Source: Desulfobacterales bacterium
GTDB taxonomy: Bacteria; Desulfobacterota; Desulfobacteria; Desulfobacterales; UBA11574
Length of the DNA: 49,172 nt
Reading direction: 5' to 3'
Assembly: GCA_041548585.1 (NCBI GenBank)
Contig: JBFESJ010000003.1
Span: 1 to 49,172 of the forward strand
A model generated the notes under the pieces. It was not told where the DNA came from. It did not search any database and saw only the letters and a program-made list of their open reading frames with translations. The translations under genes and the position numbers were made by a program. Below, piece by piece: positions 18,727 through 32,737 of this stretch (its first letter is position 1; each line of letters starts with the position of its first letter).

Positions 18727-21700
18727 TTAAAACAATTTTAGTTGTAATAGGCCTTTTGGGGGTTTGTTTTCCGGAGCTGTAGCCTCATGTGTTAATAAGT
18801 TTTCTTCAATCTTTCGGACAAACGGTGACACCGTCCGTTTCTCGACCTTTCCGAATCTCTTTCGTTTTTTTGCAAAGGTGATATAAAGCTGTTCCTTGGC
18901 TCGAGTCATTGCAACATAAAAAAGTCGCCTTTCCTCCTCTATATCCGACACACCGGCGTTCAATGGTTGAAATGGCAATAGTCCTTTTTCACACCCGGCA
19001 AGAAAAACAATTGGGAATTCAAGTCCTTTGGCTGCATGGATGGTCATTAGTGCTACACTTTCAGATTGGTGGTTGTATGCGTCTGTATCTGTTTGCAATG
19101 CCGCTTTTTTTAAAAATTCTTTGGTATTAAAATCGAGGCGCACACCATTATCGATCAGTCGTTTTAACGCGTCTTTCGTTTCTTGATTCCAACCGGCTGA
19201 TGCACAAAGTTTGGTGTGTTCCGTTAAAAAAACAAGCTTGTCTTCCATGGACATTTTTTTTGTCTGTTGTTTCATTTCATAAATTCGGTTTATTAGATCG
19301 GTCAACTTTGTCTGGCGCACCTTACCCATTCCGCTAATGGGAAATCTGCGTGCATTTCGTAGCGCAGATTCAAGTGTAAAACGTTTTTCGTAAGACCATT
19401 TTTTAAAGATTTCAAAGGCTTGTTTGCTCATCGACGGTGTTGTTAATTTTAAACCCCTTTCAAAATCTGCATACCCCCCCGTTCCTTCGATGACGCTTAA
19501 TAACGATATCAACTCACGGATATATTTTGTGCTGAAAATATTCTCTCTACTCACAATTTGGTATGGAATTCCGGCATTATCGAAAACTTCGGTAAAAATC
19601 CTGTTTTGTTCAGAGGTTCGATACAAGACGGCAAAATCGGAAAAACTTAAATTTTCGGAGGGTAGTTGCCCATCCAAATTGCCAAAATCGATTGAATGAA
19701 ACCCTATTCCCCCAATTAATTTTTCAATGGTTTTACCGATTGCCACAGCCTCTGCTTTATCAGAACTTGTTTCAAGAACACGGATTGTTTTCGTCCCGTT
19801 GATTTCTGAATAGATTCGCTCTTGTAACGCGCTGTTTTTCTGAGATTTAATCACTTGATATGAACCATCAAGAATGGTTTGGGTTGACCGGTAATTTCGT
19901 GTCAGTTTTATAATTTCGGCATCAGGATAGTCTTTCATCATTTGATCGAAATATTTAACATTCGATCCTCTAAAGCCGTAGATGGATTGATTCGGATCAC
20001 CCACCACACAAAGATTTCTGCCCACACCGGGTGGCACAAGAGCTCTGATAATTCTGTATTGACCGTGATTTAAATCTTGATATTCATCCACAAAAACATG
20101 TCGAAAAAGCTCCCCGTCGTCAAGGGCAGTTTGATCTTCTGTCTCAAGCATCCGAACCGCGTTAAAAATGAGATCTTCATAATCGTAAAGCTTTTGTATT
20201 TCCAACAGGTTTTGATACGATTGATATACCAATGGAAAAACATCTTTATTTGAAGAAGATGTTTCACGGAAACATTCATCGGGGGTGAGGATCCTTTGTT
20301 TGGCGGAAGCAATCCATTCTAACAATATGTTCGGTTTTGTCTTTACCGAAATGCCCGTCGCCTTAACATGTTTTATCGCATCTAACAGCAAAGATTCGCG
20401 GTCCCTATCGTCGATGACCGTATAAGCTTTATTTTCATGATCATTTAATAGATTAAAACAAAGACTGTGAAACGTTCCGATAAAAGGCCGTGTTGTTGAT
20501 TTGCCCAACAGATATTCGAGCCGTTCACGCATTTCCTGAGCAGCCTTGTTGGTGAATGTTACCGCAAGAATGTTTTGTGCTGAAGCCTTCTTTTTTATAA
20601 GATATGCAATTTTTTCGGTCAGGGTTCGTGTTTTACCGGTTCCTGGTCCTGCAACAATGATTAATGCACCGCCATCGTGCTCTACAGCCAGACGCTGTTC
20701 GAAATTTAACTCAACGGTTTCAAATCGTTGTCCGGTTGTCTTATCCGACCGATCTTCTAAAATCAAACGGGACGATTCGGATGGTTTTTCCTTTTTGTTA
20801 ATGCCTTTTTTTTTCATAGACAGCGGTTTGGGTGAACTTACATAAAAAAGCGGTTTTTGTTCCTGAAGTTTATTTCGTTCATCCGGGTTAAAAATTTTTA
20901 TTTTACCAAATTCTCCATCATATCCTGGCAAAAGATCAATTTTGTCTTGCCGCACCCTTGTAATCGCCTCGCCCAACAAAGGAACGCCTGCAGCATCGAT
21001 GATATGTTTTTTCAGCGTCGTTAAAATGTCAAATTCAGGCCCCAGTTTTTCAAGTAATTTTCTATAGTTTCCCATAACTTTTTTTGAACTCGGACCCACC
21101 TTTAAAACTTCCGACAAAATTTCAACAAGAGGAATAATATTTTGAAAAGGATGATATTTTTTCGGTTTTACGCCCTCCGGACGATCTGCAAGCTCCTCCA
21201 CTCTGTACAAAACACCCAATGTCAGCGGTTTTCCACAAACAGGGCATATTTTCCCCTGTTCACGTGTCTTTTGGGGCCAATAACGAACATTACAGTTTCT
21301 ATGTCCATCGAGATGATATTTTCCTTCTTCAGGATAAAACTCTAAGGTGCCTAAAAATTTTTCAGGATCACCACTTTTTATGGCGGACTTTATGGCGGAA
21401 TATGAGAGTTCTGTATTAAATAGATTTGCTTCGCGCCCCAGTTTTAGTGGTGAATGTGCATCAGAATTTGATACGAGGGTCAAACCGTCCAGTGCAGATA
21501 CCCGCCAGTTCATTGCGGGATCTGATGAAAGACCTGTTTCAACTGCAAAAATAAACGATGTAAGATCCTCAAAACACTCATTTATAGAATCGAAACCTGA
21601 TTTTGAACCCAGAACTGAAAACCACGGCGTCCAGATATGGGCAGGAATAAGGAATGCCTGCTCAGACGTTTCAAGAAGCATTTCTAAAAGGTTCCTGGCA

Positions 21701-22128
21701 TCAAGACCAAGTATCGGTCTTCCGTCAGATTTTATATTTCCAATTTTGTCGAGTTTTGAAACAAAGCTATCGACCTGATCAAAATCGGATAAAAATACAA
21801 GATTATGATTTTTTCGGGTTTTATTGTTTTTTTTATATATGTTGCTAATTTCAGAAACCAATATAAAACGGACGGTTCTGCGACATGTCTTTGGGACTTC
21901 TTGATCACATATTCTCGAAAATTCTTCTTTTAACCTGAACATCCCAGGTTCCGCTGGTACCAGTTTTTCTTTGATTTCCGCAAACCAACCTGGATGGGTA
22001 AAATCACCGGTTCCAATAACCGTTATACCTTTATGTTGAGCTGCAATGTATAAATTTTCCAGATCCGAATTCTTCGCCGTGGCGATAGAAATACGGGAAT
22101 GTACATGAAAATCAGCGATAAATTTCAT
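18727..22128 (-). CDS. Endonuclease Q (PHP/TIGR00375-like) domain fused to a UvrD/PcrA SF1 helicase
   Basis: N-terminal ADFHVHS, GTGDFTH, PAHIWTPWF, SNSDAHS, GKYH..HRNC..CPVC, PGYDGEFG; C-terminal AGPGTGKT, VDEYQD, GDPNQSIYGFRG, NYRS, EERRLFYVAMTRA. Confidence 0.9.
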   Translation of the reverse strand: MKFIADFHVHSRISIATAKNSDLENLYIAAQHKGITVIGTGDFTHPGWFAEIKEKLVPAEPGMFRLKEEFSRICDQEVPKTCRRTVRFILVSEISNIYKKNNKTRKNHNLVFLSDFDQVDSFVSKLDKIGNIKSDGRPILGLDARNLLEMLLETSEQAFLIPAHIWTPWFSVLGSKSGFDSINECFEDLTSFIFAVETGLSSDPAMNWRVSALDGLTLVSNSDAHSPLKLGREANLFNTELSYSAIKSAIKSGDPEKFLGTLEFYPEEGKYHLDGHRNCNVRYWPQKTREQGKICPVCGKPLTLGVLYRVEELADRPEGVKPKKYHPFQNIIPLVEILSEVLKVGPSSKKVMGNYRKLLEKLGPEFDILTTLKKHIIDAAGVPLLGEAITRVRQDKIDLLPGYDGEFGKIKIFNPDERNKLQEQKPLFYVSSPKPLSMKKKGINKKEKPSESSRLILEDRSDKTTGQRFETVELNFEQRLAVEHDGGALIIVAGPGTGKTRTLTEKIAYLIKKKASAQNILAVTFTNKAAQEMRERLEYLLGKSTTRPFIGTFHSLCFNLLNDHENKAYTVIDDRDRESLLLDAIKHVKATGISVKTKPNILLEWIASAKQRILTPDECFRETSSSNKDVFPLVYQSYQNLLEIQKLYDYEDLIFNAVRMLETEDQTALDDGELFRHVFVDEYQDLNHGQYRIIRALVPPGVGRNLCVVGDPNQSIYGFRGSNVKYFDQMMKDYPDAEIIKLTRNYRSTQTILDGSYQVIKSQKNSALQERIYSEINGTKTIRVLETSSDKAEAVAIGKTIEKLIGGIGFHSIDFGNLDGQLPSENLSFSDFAVLYRTSEQNRIFTEVFDNAGIPYQIVSRENIFSTKYIRELISLLSVIEGTGGYADFERGLKLTTPSMSKQAFEIFKKWSYEKRFTLESALRNARRFPISGMGKVRQTKLTDLINRIYEMKQQTKKMSMEDKLVFLTEHTKLCASAGWNQETKDALKRLIDNGVRLDFNTKEFLKKAALQTDTDAYNHQSESVALMTIHAAKGLEFPIVFLAGCEKGLLPFQPLNAGVSDIEEERRLFYVAMTRAKEQLYITFAKKRKRFGKVEKRTVSPFVRKIEENLLTHEATAPENKPPKGLLQLKLF

Positions 22129-22511
22129 ATCTTTTTCTTTGTCACTTGGTTATTGTTAGATACGCGGTAAAAACACTTGTAACATTCTGATAAACAGTAT
22201 ATATATTTATATTAAATTAATTTAAGCACTATATATAGTATTTTTTGAAATTTTAAAAGGTTTAGATCGTCTTTAAAATACACATTTTAACAAACGCTTT
22301 TTATATTGATATTTTTTCAATAAATCACTACTTATGAACAATTCATTTTATACTGATGATAATCTATTTGTTTTAATTTTTTTTTTACGACATTCTTGTC
22401 AGTCTTAAATTCGATTTTTCTGTATTATATTGAAATCTTATAAAGTTATTATCATTATTAACAATCTATAATAATAATTATATAACTATATAAACAAATA
22501 AGGAATGGATA
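22129..22511. other. Candidate replication origin / DNA-unwinding region upstream of dnaN
   Basis: Very AT-rich 383-bp gap; degenerate DnaA boxes TTATGAACA (22332-22340) and TTATTAACA (22455-22463), the latter followed by (ATA)n period-3 repeats just before dnaN; parS 17 kb away. Confidence 0.4.
22194..22241. promoter_or_regulatory. Candidate tandem NrdR boxes
   Basis: GCACTATATATAGTAT (22226-22241) fits acaCwAtATaTwGtgt; weaker ACAGTATATATATTTA starts 32 bp upstream at 22194. Confidence 0.5.
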
Positions 22512-26065
<3,554 letters not shown>

Positions 26066-26170
26066 TTCCTTAAAAAGGATCGATGATTGAGCCCGCTGAC
26101 TCGTTTTCCGGCTTTTAATGATCCATCGGTTATTATATAAAAGCCAAAATGAAAAGGTGTCGCATTAATA

Positions 26171-26962
26171 ATGTATATTCATAAGATTCAAGCACGAGAT
26201 TTGCCGGACCTTTGGTTTCAGGCGGTTCATGATATTCTTGATCATGGTCGAAAGTTTAAAATAGATCGTGGAAGTTATGCGGGGCAAACGAGGCTCGAAT
26301 ATGATTTTTTTACCGGGCATATAAAACACCCCGGAACCCAGCCGCTTTTACCCGACATTCCCCCGTCATGTGGTATTCCAAATCCGGTTGAAGAGGCGTA
26401 TATATACGGTGGCAAGGGCTATGAAAGATCGTATATCGAATATATCATGACCGGACAAAAAGAGCCTGGTGAATCCTATACTTATGGAGAAAGATTAACC
26501 CGGGCGCCCATTACGGAAGAAAAGCTCGAATGGTGGGAAGAGGAAAACACGGAAATTATAGATAAAAGAGCGGTGGACGGAAAAGCTGTTTTTGAAGAAG
26601 ACGGTAAGCTTTTTCTGAATCAAATCGAGTGGATCATTCAGACGTATAAAAAATATGGGAGCAGAAACAACCAGATGGTGCTTCAGGTGGCGCACCCTTC
26701 CGACCTAACCCTTTTAGACCCGCCGTGTTTGCGTGCCATAGACACAAGAATTCAGGATGACGCGCTTCATTTTATGGTATATTTTCGCTCTTGGGATCTT
26801 TGGGGAGGAATGCCGGCAAACCTGGCTGGAATTCAAAACCTCAAAGAATACATGGCAGCTGAAATCGGTGTAAAAGACGGCGAAATGATTGTTGAAAGCA
26901 TAGGGCTTCACCTTTACGGGTACGCAGAAGAACTGGCGAAGCTAAGATGTATGAAAGCATAG
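26171..26962 (+). CDS. thyA: Thymidylate synthase (ThyA fold, divergent/archaeal-like)
   Basis: PPCL catalytic Cys, FRSWD, Asn in MPANL (dUMP-type), LHLY. Confidence 0.8.
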   Translation: MYIHKIQARDLPDLWFQAVHDILDHGRKFKIDRGSYAGQTRLEYDFFTGHIKHPGTQPLLPDIPPSCGIPNPVEEAYIYGGKGYERSYIEYIMTGQKEPGESYTYGERLTRAPITEEKLEWWEEENTEIIDKRAVDGKAVFEEDGKLFLNQIEWIIQTYKKYGSRNNQMVLQVAHPSDLTLLDPPCLRAIDTRIQDDALHFMVYFRSWDLWGGMPANLAGIQNLKEYMAAEIGVKDGEMIVESIGLHLYGYAEELAKLRCMKA

Positions 26963-26983
26963 AAACAAATACACCGTCTTAAA

Positions 26984-28366
26984 TCAAAATTCTATCGTGT
27001 TGGGCGTCCTCGGAAAGGGGATCACATCCCGGATGTTGCTGATGCCCGTTATCAACATGAGCAACCGTTCGAACCCGAGGCCAAAGCCGCTGTGTTCAAC
27101 AGACCCGAACCGCCTCGAATCCAAATACCACCAGTAATCCCCTTTCGGCATTTTTATTTCATCCATCTGGTTTTCAAGGACCTCAAGGCGTTCTTCGCGC
27201 TGACTTCCACCGATAATTTCTCCAATCCGAGGCACAAGAACATCCATGGCCGCTACGGTTTGATTATCATCGTTTAATCGCATGTAAAACGGTTTTATGG
27301 TTTTGGGATAATTAAAAATTATTAACGGTTTTTTAAAGTGGTGTTCGGTCAGGTAGCGTTCATGTTCGGTTTGAAGGTCTTTTCCAAAATCGATATCATA
27401 TTCAAATTTTTTTCCGGATTTTTTTAATATTTCTACAGCAGAAGTGTAGGGCAGGCGTTTAAAATCGGATGTCGCCACATTGTCGAGTGTTTTTATCAGT
27501 TTTTTATCCACATATTTTGCAAAGAGTTCGATGTCTTCCTTGCATTCTTCAAGAGCAAAACCCGTTAAAAACTTTATCATCTCCTCCGCAAGATCCATAT
27601 TTCCTTCCAGATTGCAGAACGCCATTTCAGGTTCGACCATCCAAAACTCGGCAACATGTCGACTGGTGTGGGAGTCTTCAGCTCTGAATGTCGGGCCGAA
27701 GGTATAAACATCTCCAAGGGCAAGTGCAAACATTTCAGCAGACAACTGGCCGGATACGGTTAAATTTGCCTCCTTGCCAAAAAAATCTTTGGTATAGTCT
27801 GTTTTGCCGTCGATAAGGGGCGGATTATCCAAAGCCAGTGTTGTTACGCGAAACAGCTCACCCGCCCCTTCACAATCCGAACCGGTAATAATGGGTGAAT
27901 GAATATATTTAAAGCCCCTGTCTCTGAAAAATTTATGAATTGCATATGACAACTCCGATCGGATTCGAAATGTGGCACCATATTTGTTGGTTCGAGGTCT
28001 TAAATGGGCGATGGTTCTTAAAAATTCGTCTGTATGACGTTTTTTCTGAAGCGGATACGTTTCGGGGGCAGAGCCTAAAATTTTAATCTTTTCCGCCACG
28101 AGCTCCCATTTTTGTCCGGAACCTTTTGATTCTGCAAGTTTTCCGAAAACAACAACGGCAGAACCCGTTGAAAGCCGAGTAATATCCTTGTAATTGCTCA
28201 AGGTATTGTCGGCGATAATCTGAATATTTTTCAGGCAGGATCCGTCGTTGACTTCGATAAATGAAAACGCTTTTGAATCCCGCCGGGTTCGGACCCAACC
28301 TTTTATTAGAACATAATCGATGGGGGTTTTTGATTGAAGTAAGTTTACGATTTTTGTGCGCTTCAT
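26984..28366 (-). CDS. asnS: Asparagine--tRNA ligase
   Basis: [48 protein letters not shown]; ATG 28366 after GGAGG. Confidence 0.97.
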   Translation of the reverse strand: MKRTKIVNLLQSKTPIDYVLIKGWVRTRRDSKAFSFIEVNDGSCLKNIQIIADNTLSNYKDITRLSTGSAVVVFGKLAESKGSGQKWELVAEKIKILGSAPETYPLQKKRHTDEFLRTIAHLRPRTNKYGATFRIRSELSYAIHKFFRDRGFKYIHSPIITGSDCEGAGELFRVTTLALDNPPLIDGKTDYTKDFFGKEANLTVSGQLSAEMFALALGDVYTFGPTFRAEDSHTSRHVAEFWMVEPEMAFCNLEGNMDLAEEMIKFLTGFALEECKEDIELFAKYVDKKLIKTLDNVATSDFKRLPYTSAVEILKKSGKKFEYDIDFGKDLQTEHERYLTEHHFKKPLIIFNYPKTIKPFYMRLNDDNQTVAAMDVLVPRIGEIIGGSQREERLEVLENQMDEIKMPKGDYWWYLDSRRFGSVEHSGFGLGFERLLMLITGISNIRDVIPFPRTPNTIEF

Positions 28367-28473
28367 AATAAACCTCCATACCAACACAGTCGTTATTAAA
28401 AATATTCGGATAAAGCTTTACTGATATTAATGGGGTAGATTTTATTCAAGTGAGTTTCGATAATGTGGATCTA

Positions 28474-28684
28474 TCACCATATATTTTCAAAAAGGCGATA
28501 TGAACCATAACGTCGTAGCGTGACCCAATATTTTAGGATGTGTGAACTAGTTGAGGTTATATAAACAACCGGCGTTTACATCCTAAATATTGGGTCACTT
28601 CGAAATATTGTGCTTTTAACAAGCATATCGCCTTTTATGAAAACACATAGCGATGATTTATCACGGCTAATTCGGGTAAACACA
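28474..28684. repeat. Long imperfect palindrome related to the 32733-32910 element
   Basis: Arms 28490-28502/28624-28636 (13 bp perfect) and 28520-28541/28578-28598 (21 bp, one bulge); 28633-28648 identical to 32812-32827. Confidence 0.7.
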
Positions 28685-28709
28685 CAACCACGATACAAAT
28701 TAACACTAA

Positions 28710-30122
28710 TTATAATTTAATCGTAATGTTATAAAGCTGATCTTGGCGCTGTAAAACAACAACCAATGACTTTTTCTTACGGTATTTAATAATCGCCTTT
28801 TTAAAATCGTTAATGTTTTTAATGGTTAACTCACCTATCTGCCGGATAACGTCCCCGGGCCTGGCGCCGATACGTGCGAGATAAGAGTGGCGGTTTAGTT
28901 CTGAAATCACAACCCCTTCTTGTGCATATGTTTTGTAAATATTACGATTTTTCTTGGAAAGATTTTTTACCGCGATTCCGAGAATGTTGTGAGCCAGATC
29001 CAAAGCCAGTTCTTTGGGGAATGCCGATGATTTTACAGAAAAAAGGTTCGTTTTGCCGTTTCTCCAAATGTTTATATTAATGGTTTCTCCGGCTGATATG
29101 TTATTCATAGCTGTGTCAAAGTCGTTTTGAGAACTAATATTTCGTGATCCAACACGTCGTATAATATCTCCAACGTGAATACCAGCCTTAAAGGCAGGTC
29201 CAGACGCTTCTGTTTTTTTAACCAGAACGCCTTTGATGGTAGATGCTTTCAAATAACGGGCCAGTTCATCATCGATATCCTGTACGGTAACACCAATCCA
29301 TGCCGGAATAACTTCTCCGTATCTGATAAGGTCTGTGACAATTCTTCTGGCCTTGTTGATCGGTATGGCAAATCCGATTCCCTGAGCTTTGGCATATATG
29401 GCCGTATTTATACCGATGAGCTCCCCATATATATTCAGAAGCGGCCCGCCACTGTTTCCCGGATTAATTGAAGCGTCCGTCTGGATGAAATCATGGTAGA
29501 ATCTATCGTCTGCCCTTATACTGCGATTTACGGCGCTGATCACGCCCGTTGTTACGGTGTTTGAAAAACCGAACGGGTTTCCGATGGCGATAACCGTTTC
29601 TCCGATCATAAGATTGTTGGAATTTCCCATTCCAATTGCAGGGAGAACATCCTCTGAAGCAATACGCAGTACAGCTAAATCAGAATCAGGATCTGCACCT
29701 ATGATTTGTGCTTTGAATTCACGCCCATCTTTTAAAGCAACCGTAATGGTTGAACTTTTTACAATAACATGTTTGTTGGTAAGAATAAATCCGCGTTTGC
29801 CATCAATAATAACTCCGGATCCAAGACTGGTTCGTTTATATTTTTGTTCAAAGCCGGGGTCGAAAAAATCCCTGAAAAAAGAGTCGAAAGAGGGATCCAT
29901 ACCAAACCCGTAAAATGGATTAACACGCTTGCGAACCTCGAACTCCGAACTTATGTTAACCACCGCGGGACTGACTTGTCGAATCGCCTTTACAACCGCA
30001 CTCTCCCGCAAGCTTTCAGCATCGAGGTTGATGGGGGTAGTTAAAAAAAGCAGGTTAAAAACCACACAAAGGGACACTGCTGAAATTACAAATTTGTTGT
30101 TTTCCAATTTTATTCCTGGCAT
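28710..30122 (-). CDS. DegP/HtrA (Do) family periplasmic serine protease with two PDZ domains
   Basis: SLGSGVII, LTNKHV, SDLAVL, IQTDASINPGNSGGPL. Confidence 0.95.
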   Translation of the reverse strand: MPGIKLENNKFVISAVSLCVVFNLLFLTTPINLDAESLRESAVVKAIRQVSPAVVNISSEFEVRKRVNPFYGFGMDPSFDSFFRDFFDPGFEQKYKRTSLGSGVIIDGKRGFILTNKHVIVKSSTITVALKDGREFKAQIIGADPDSDLAVLRIASEDVLPAIGMGNSNNLMIGETVIAIGNPFGFSNTVTTGVISAVNRSIRADDRFYHDFIQTDASINPGNSGGPLLNIYGELIGINTAIYAKAQGIGFAIPINKARRIVTDLIRYGEVIPAWIGVTVQDIDDELARYLKASTIKGVLVKKTEASGPAFKAGIHVGDIIRRVGSRNISSQNDFDTAMNNISAGETININIWRNGKTNLFSVKSSAFPKELALDLAHNILGIAVKNLSKKNRNIYKTYAQEGVVISELNRHSYLARIGARPGDVIRQIGELTIKNINDFKKAIIKYRKKKSLVVVLQRQDQLYNITIKL

Positions 30123-30235
30123 TTTGGGCTCCGGTATAATACGGTTGAGTTCAAAACAAATAAATAAAAGAAAATTTTACACCACGTATTTACGCTGGCA
30201 ATTTAAGTGGTGTGATTCTCTAAAAAACACATATC

Positions 30236-32737
30236 ATGAGCATAAAAAGCATTCAAGACATCTTACCGTTGATAGAACAACCCAGTCGATATTTAGGTTC
30301 AGAGGTTAATACCATTCGAAAAGACCATCGTGCGGTAAGCTTAAGTTTTGCCCTGGCCTTTCCGGATCTTTACGAGATCGGCACATCCCATTTCGGGCTT
30401 CAGATACTGTATCATATCCTAAACAGCCACCCAGAGATAGCTGCCGAAAGGGTTTTCGCCCCTGCACCCGACATGGAAACATATCTCAGATCATCCGGAC
30501 TTATGCTTACTTCGTTGGAATCTAAAAAACCGCTTAACGCGTTCGATATCATCGGATTTAGCCTTCTTTATGAGCTTAACTATACGAATATTCTTAATAT
30601 GTTAGATTTGGCCGGTATTCCTTTTCTGGCGCGACAGCGGGACAGTTCATTCCCTTTTGTTATCGCAGGTGGTCCAAGCATGTGTAACCCGGAACCTGTT
30701 GCAGATTTTTTTGATGCCATTGTCATTGGGGACGGGGAAAATGTAATCCAAAACATGTGCCGGTTTTGGCTTGAATGGAAAACGGATAATCTTCACGATA
30801 AAGAAATCCTTTTGAGACGATGGTCTAATATCGAAGGTGTCTATATACCTGGATTTTTTAAGCCAGAATTCGATCACGATGGATTTCAAACAGTTACGCC
30901 GATATTTCCGGGTTATGATATAATTAAAAGAGCAGTGGTTGGCGACCTAAACAAAGCCTCCTTTCCGGATACACCCATTATTCCATATGGCAAACCTGTT
31001 CATGATCGCTTAAGGCTTGAACTATCAAGAGGATGCACCAGGGGGTGTCGATTCTGTCAGGCAGGGATGATATATCGACCCGTCCGTGAGAGATCTCCTG
31101 AGAAGCTGCTGTCGCTTTCGGATGCCTCCCTTGCTTCAACCGGTTATGAAGACATATCATTGTTATCCTTAAGCACCGGGGATTACAGTTGTATTCAACC
31201 TCTAATGGAAAACATGATGGCAGCGTATACGAATCAGCGCATTGCCGTATCCTTTCCTTCTCTAAGGGCGGGTACATTAACGCCCAAACTCATGAGTCTC
31301 GTCAAACAGGTCAGAAAAACCGGCTTTACAATCGCACCGGAAGCGGGAAGCCAACGGCTTCGAGACGTTATCAACAAGAATATAACGGAAAAAGACATCA
31401 TTGACACTGTGAATGATGCATTTGTTCTGGGGTGGCAGATTGTTAAGCTCTATTTTATGGTCGGTCTTCCCACAGAAACAGAAGACGATTTAAAAGCGAT
31501 TGTTGATCTTGTGAAAAAACTCAAAACCCTCAACCGAAAACATGGACGAAAAGGTCGTATCAATGTAAGTATCGCAACCTTTATTCCGAAACCTCACACG
31601 CCCTTTCAGTGGTCGTCTCAAATTTCTTTGAACGAATCGAAACATAAAATTACATGGTTGAAGAAGAAGCTAAACATGCCCGGGGTTCATTTTAAATGGC
31701 AGAACCCCGAGGTCAGTATAATTGAAGGACTTTGGGCACGGGGGGACCGGCGCCTTGGCCCTTTACTGATTGCTGCATACAAAAGGGGATGTAAATTTGA
31801 CGGCTGGAGCGATAAGTTTAGATATCGATCATGGGAAGCGTCTTTTTTAGATGAAGGCGTCGATATTGATTTCTATACAACACGTGTTAGAAATACGATG
31901 GACCCCTTGCCATGGGATCATATCGATATCATGGTTTCAAAAGAGTTCTTAATCAACGAGTGGAAAAAAGCAACAAAGGGCGATAGTACGGCAGATTGCC
32001 GTGAGGGTGATTGTAACCAATGTGGAGTTTGTGATTTTGAAACGATTGAACCCAAAGTGTTTGATGACCGTAAAGAAGATGCGGTCAAAAATTTTGTGCA
32101 AAACTCAAATTACACCACCGGCTATAAAAAATTAGAGATCTTTTTTTCTAAGCTCGATCAGGGAAAGTATTTTGGACATCTTGAAATGGTGAGGATTTTT
32201 TTACGTGCGATCCGGAGGGCCGGAATACCGGTTAAATATTCAGAGGGCTTTCATCCGAAACCCCAGATTTCCTTTGACGATGCGCTTCCCATCGGTATAG
32301 AGAGTTTGAATGAAAAATTTTATTTATCCGTAGTCGGAAACGTAAAACCGCAATCGATTACAGAAGAATTGAACAAACACCTTCCAAAGGGATTACGTAT
32401 TCTTACGTGCCGGCTTGCGGCGAAAAAACCTTCGTGTAAGACTTTTTCGCCTGGGATATATATGGTAACAAAAAAAGACGATGGTTTTGATGAGGGAAAA
32501 ATAAATCGATTTATCAAGGGGCCTGAATTATTATTTACACGGACCAATCGAAAAGGGAAAACAAAAACGATAAACTTAAAAGAGATGGTGTTAAATCTAT
32601 CGTTGCTTGCACCCAACCGGCTAAAAATGACCCTTAGATCGGAACCGGGCAAAACGGTGAGACCTTTGGAGGTTCTTGAAAATATTTTCGGATTGTCCGA
32701 AAAAGAGATAAAGCAGGCGGCGATTGTTAAGTTATAA
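30236..32737 (+). CDS. TIGR03960-type B12-binding radical SAM protein fused to a C-terminal DUF2344 (TIGR03936) domain
   Basis: FPDLYEIGTSHFGL, RGCTRGCRFCQAG CxxxCxxC, CxxxxCxxCGVC, then GHLEMVRIFLRAIRRAGIPVKYSEGFHPKP. Confidence 0.9.
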   Translation: MSIKSIQDILPLIEQPSRYLGSEVNTIRKDHRAVSLSFALAFPDLYEIGTSHFGLQILYHILNSHPEIAAERVFAPAPDMETYLRSSGLMLTSLESKKPLNAFDIIGFSLLYELNYTNILNMLDLAGIPFLARQRDSSFPFVIAGGPSMCNPEPVADFFDAIVIGDGENVIQNMCRFWLEWKTDNLHDKEILLRRWSNIEGVYIPGFFKPEFDHDGFQTVTPIFPGYDIIKRAVVGDLNKASFPDTPIIPYGKPVHDRLRLELSRGCTRGCRFCQAGMIYRPVRERSPEKLLSLSDASLASTGYEDISLLSLSTGDYSCIQPLMENMMAAYTNQRIAVSFPSLRAGTLTPKLMSLVKQVRKTGFTIAPEAGSQRLRDVINKNITEKDIIDTVNDAFVLGWQIVKLYFMVGLPTETEDDLKAIVDLVKKLKTLNRKHGRKGRINVSIATFIPKPHTPFQWSSQISLNESKHKITWLKKKLNMPGVHFKWQNPEVSIIEGLWARGDRRLGPLLIAAYKRGCKFDGWSDKFRYRSWEASFLDEGVDIDFYTTRVRNTMDPLPWDHIDIMVSKEFLINEWKKATKGDSTADCREGDCNQCGVCDFETIEPKVFDDRKEDAVKNFVQNSNYTTGYKKLEIFFSKLDQGKYFGHLEMVRIFLRAIRRAGIPVKYSEGFHPKPQISFDDALPIGIESLNEKFYLSVVGNVKPQSITEELNKHLPKGLRILTCRLAAKKPSCKTFSPGIYMVTKKDDGFDEGKINRFIKGPELLFTRTNRKGKTKTINLKEMVLNLSLLAPNRLKMTLRSEPGKTVRPLEVLENIFGLSEKEIKQAAIVKL

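Noticed and set aside
20260-20274. parS-like TGTTTCACGGAAACA inside the EndoQ-UvrD gene
   Set aside because: One base is missing from the centre, which breaks half-site spacing; probably chance
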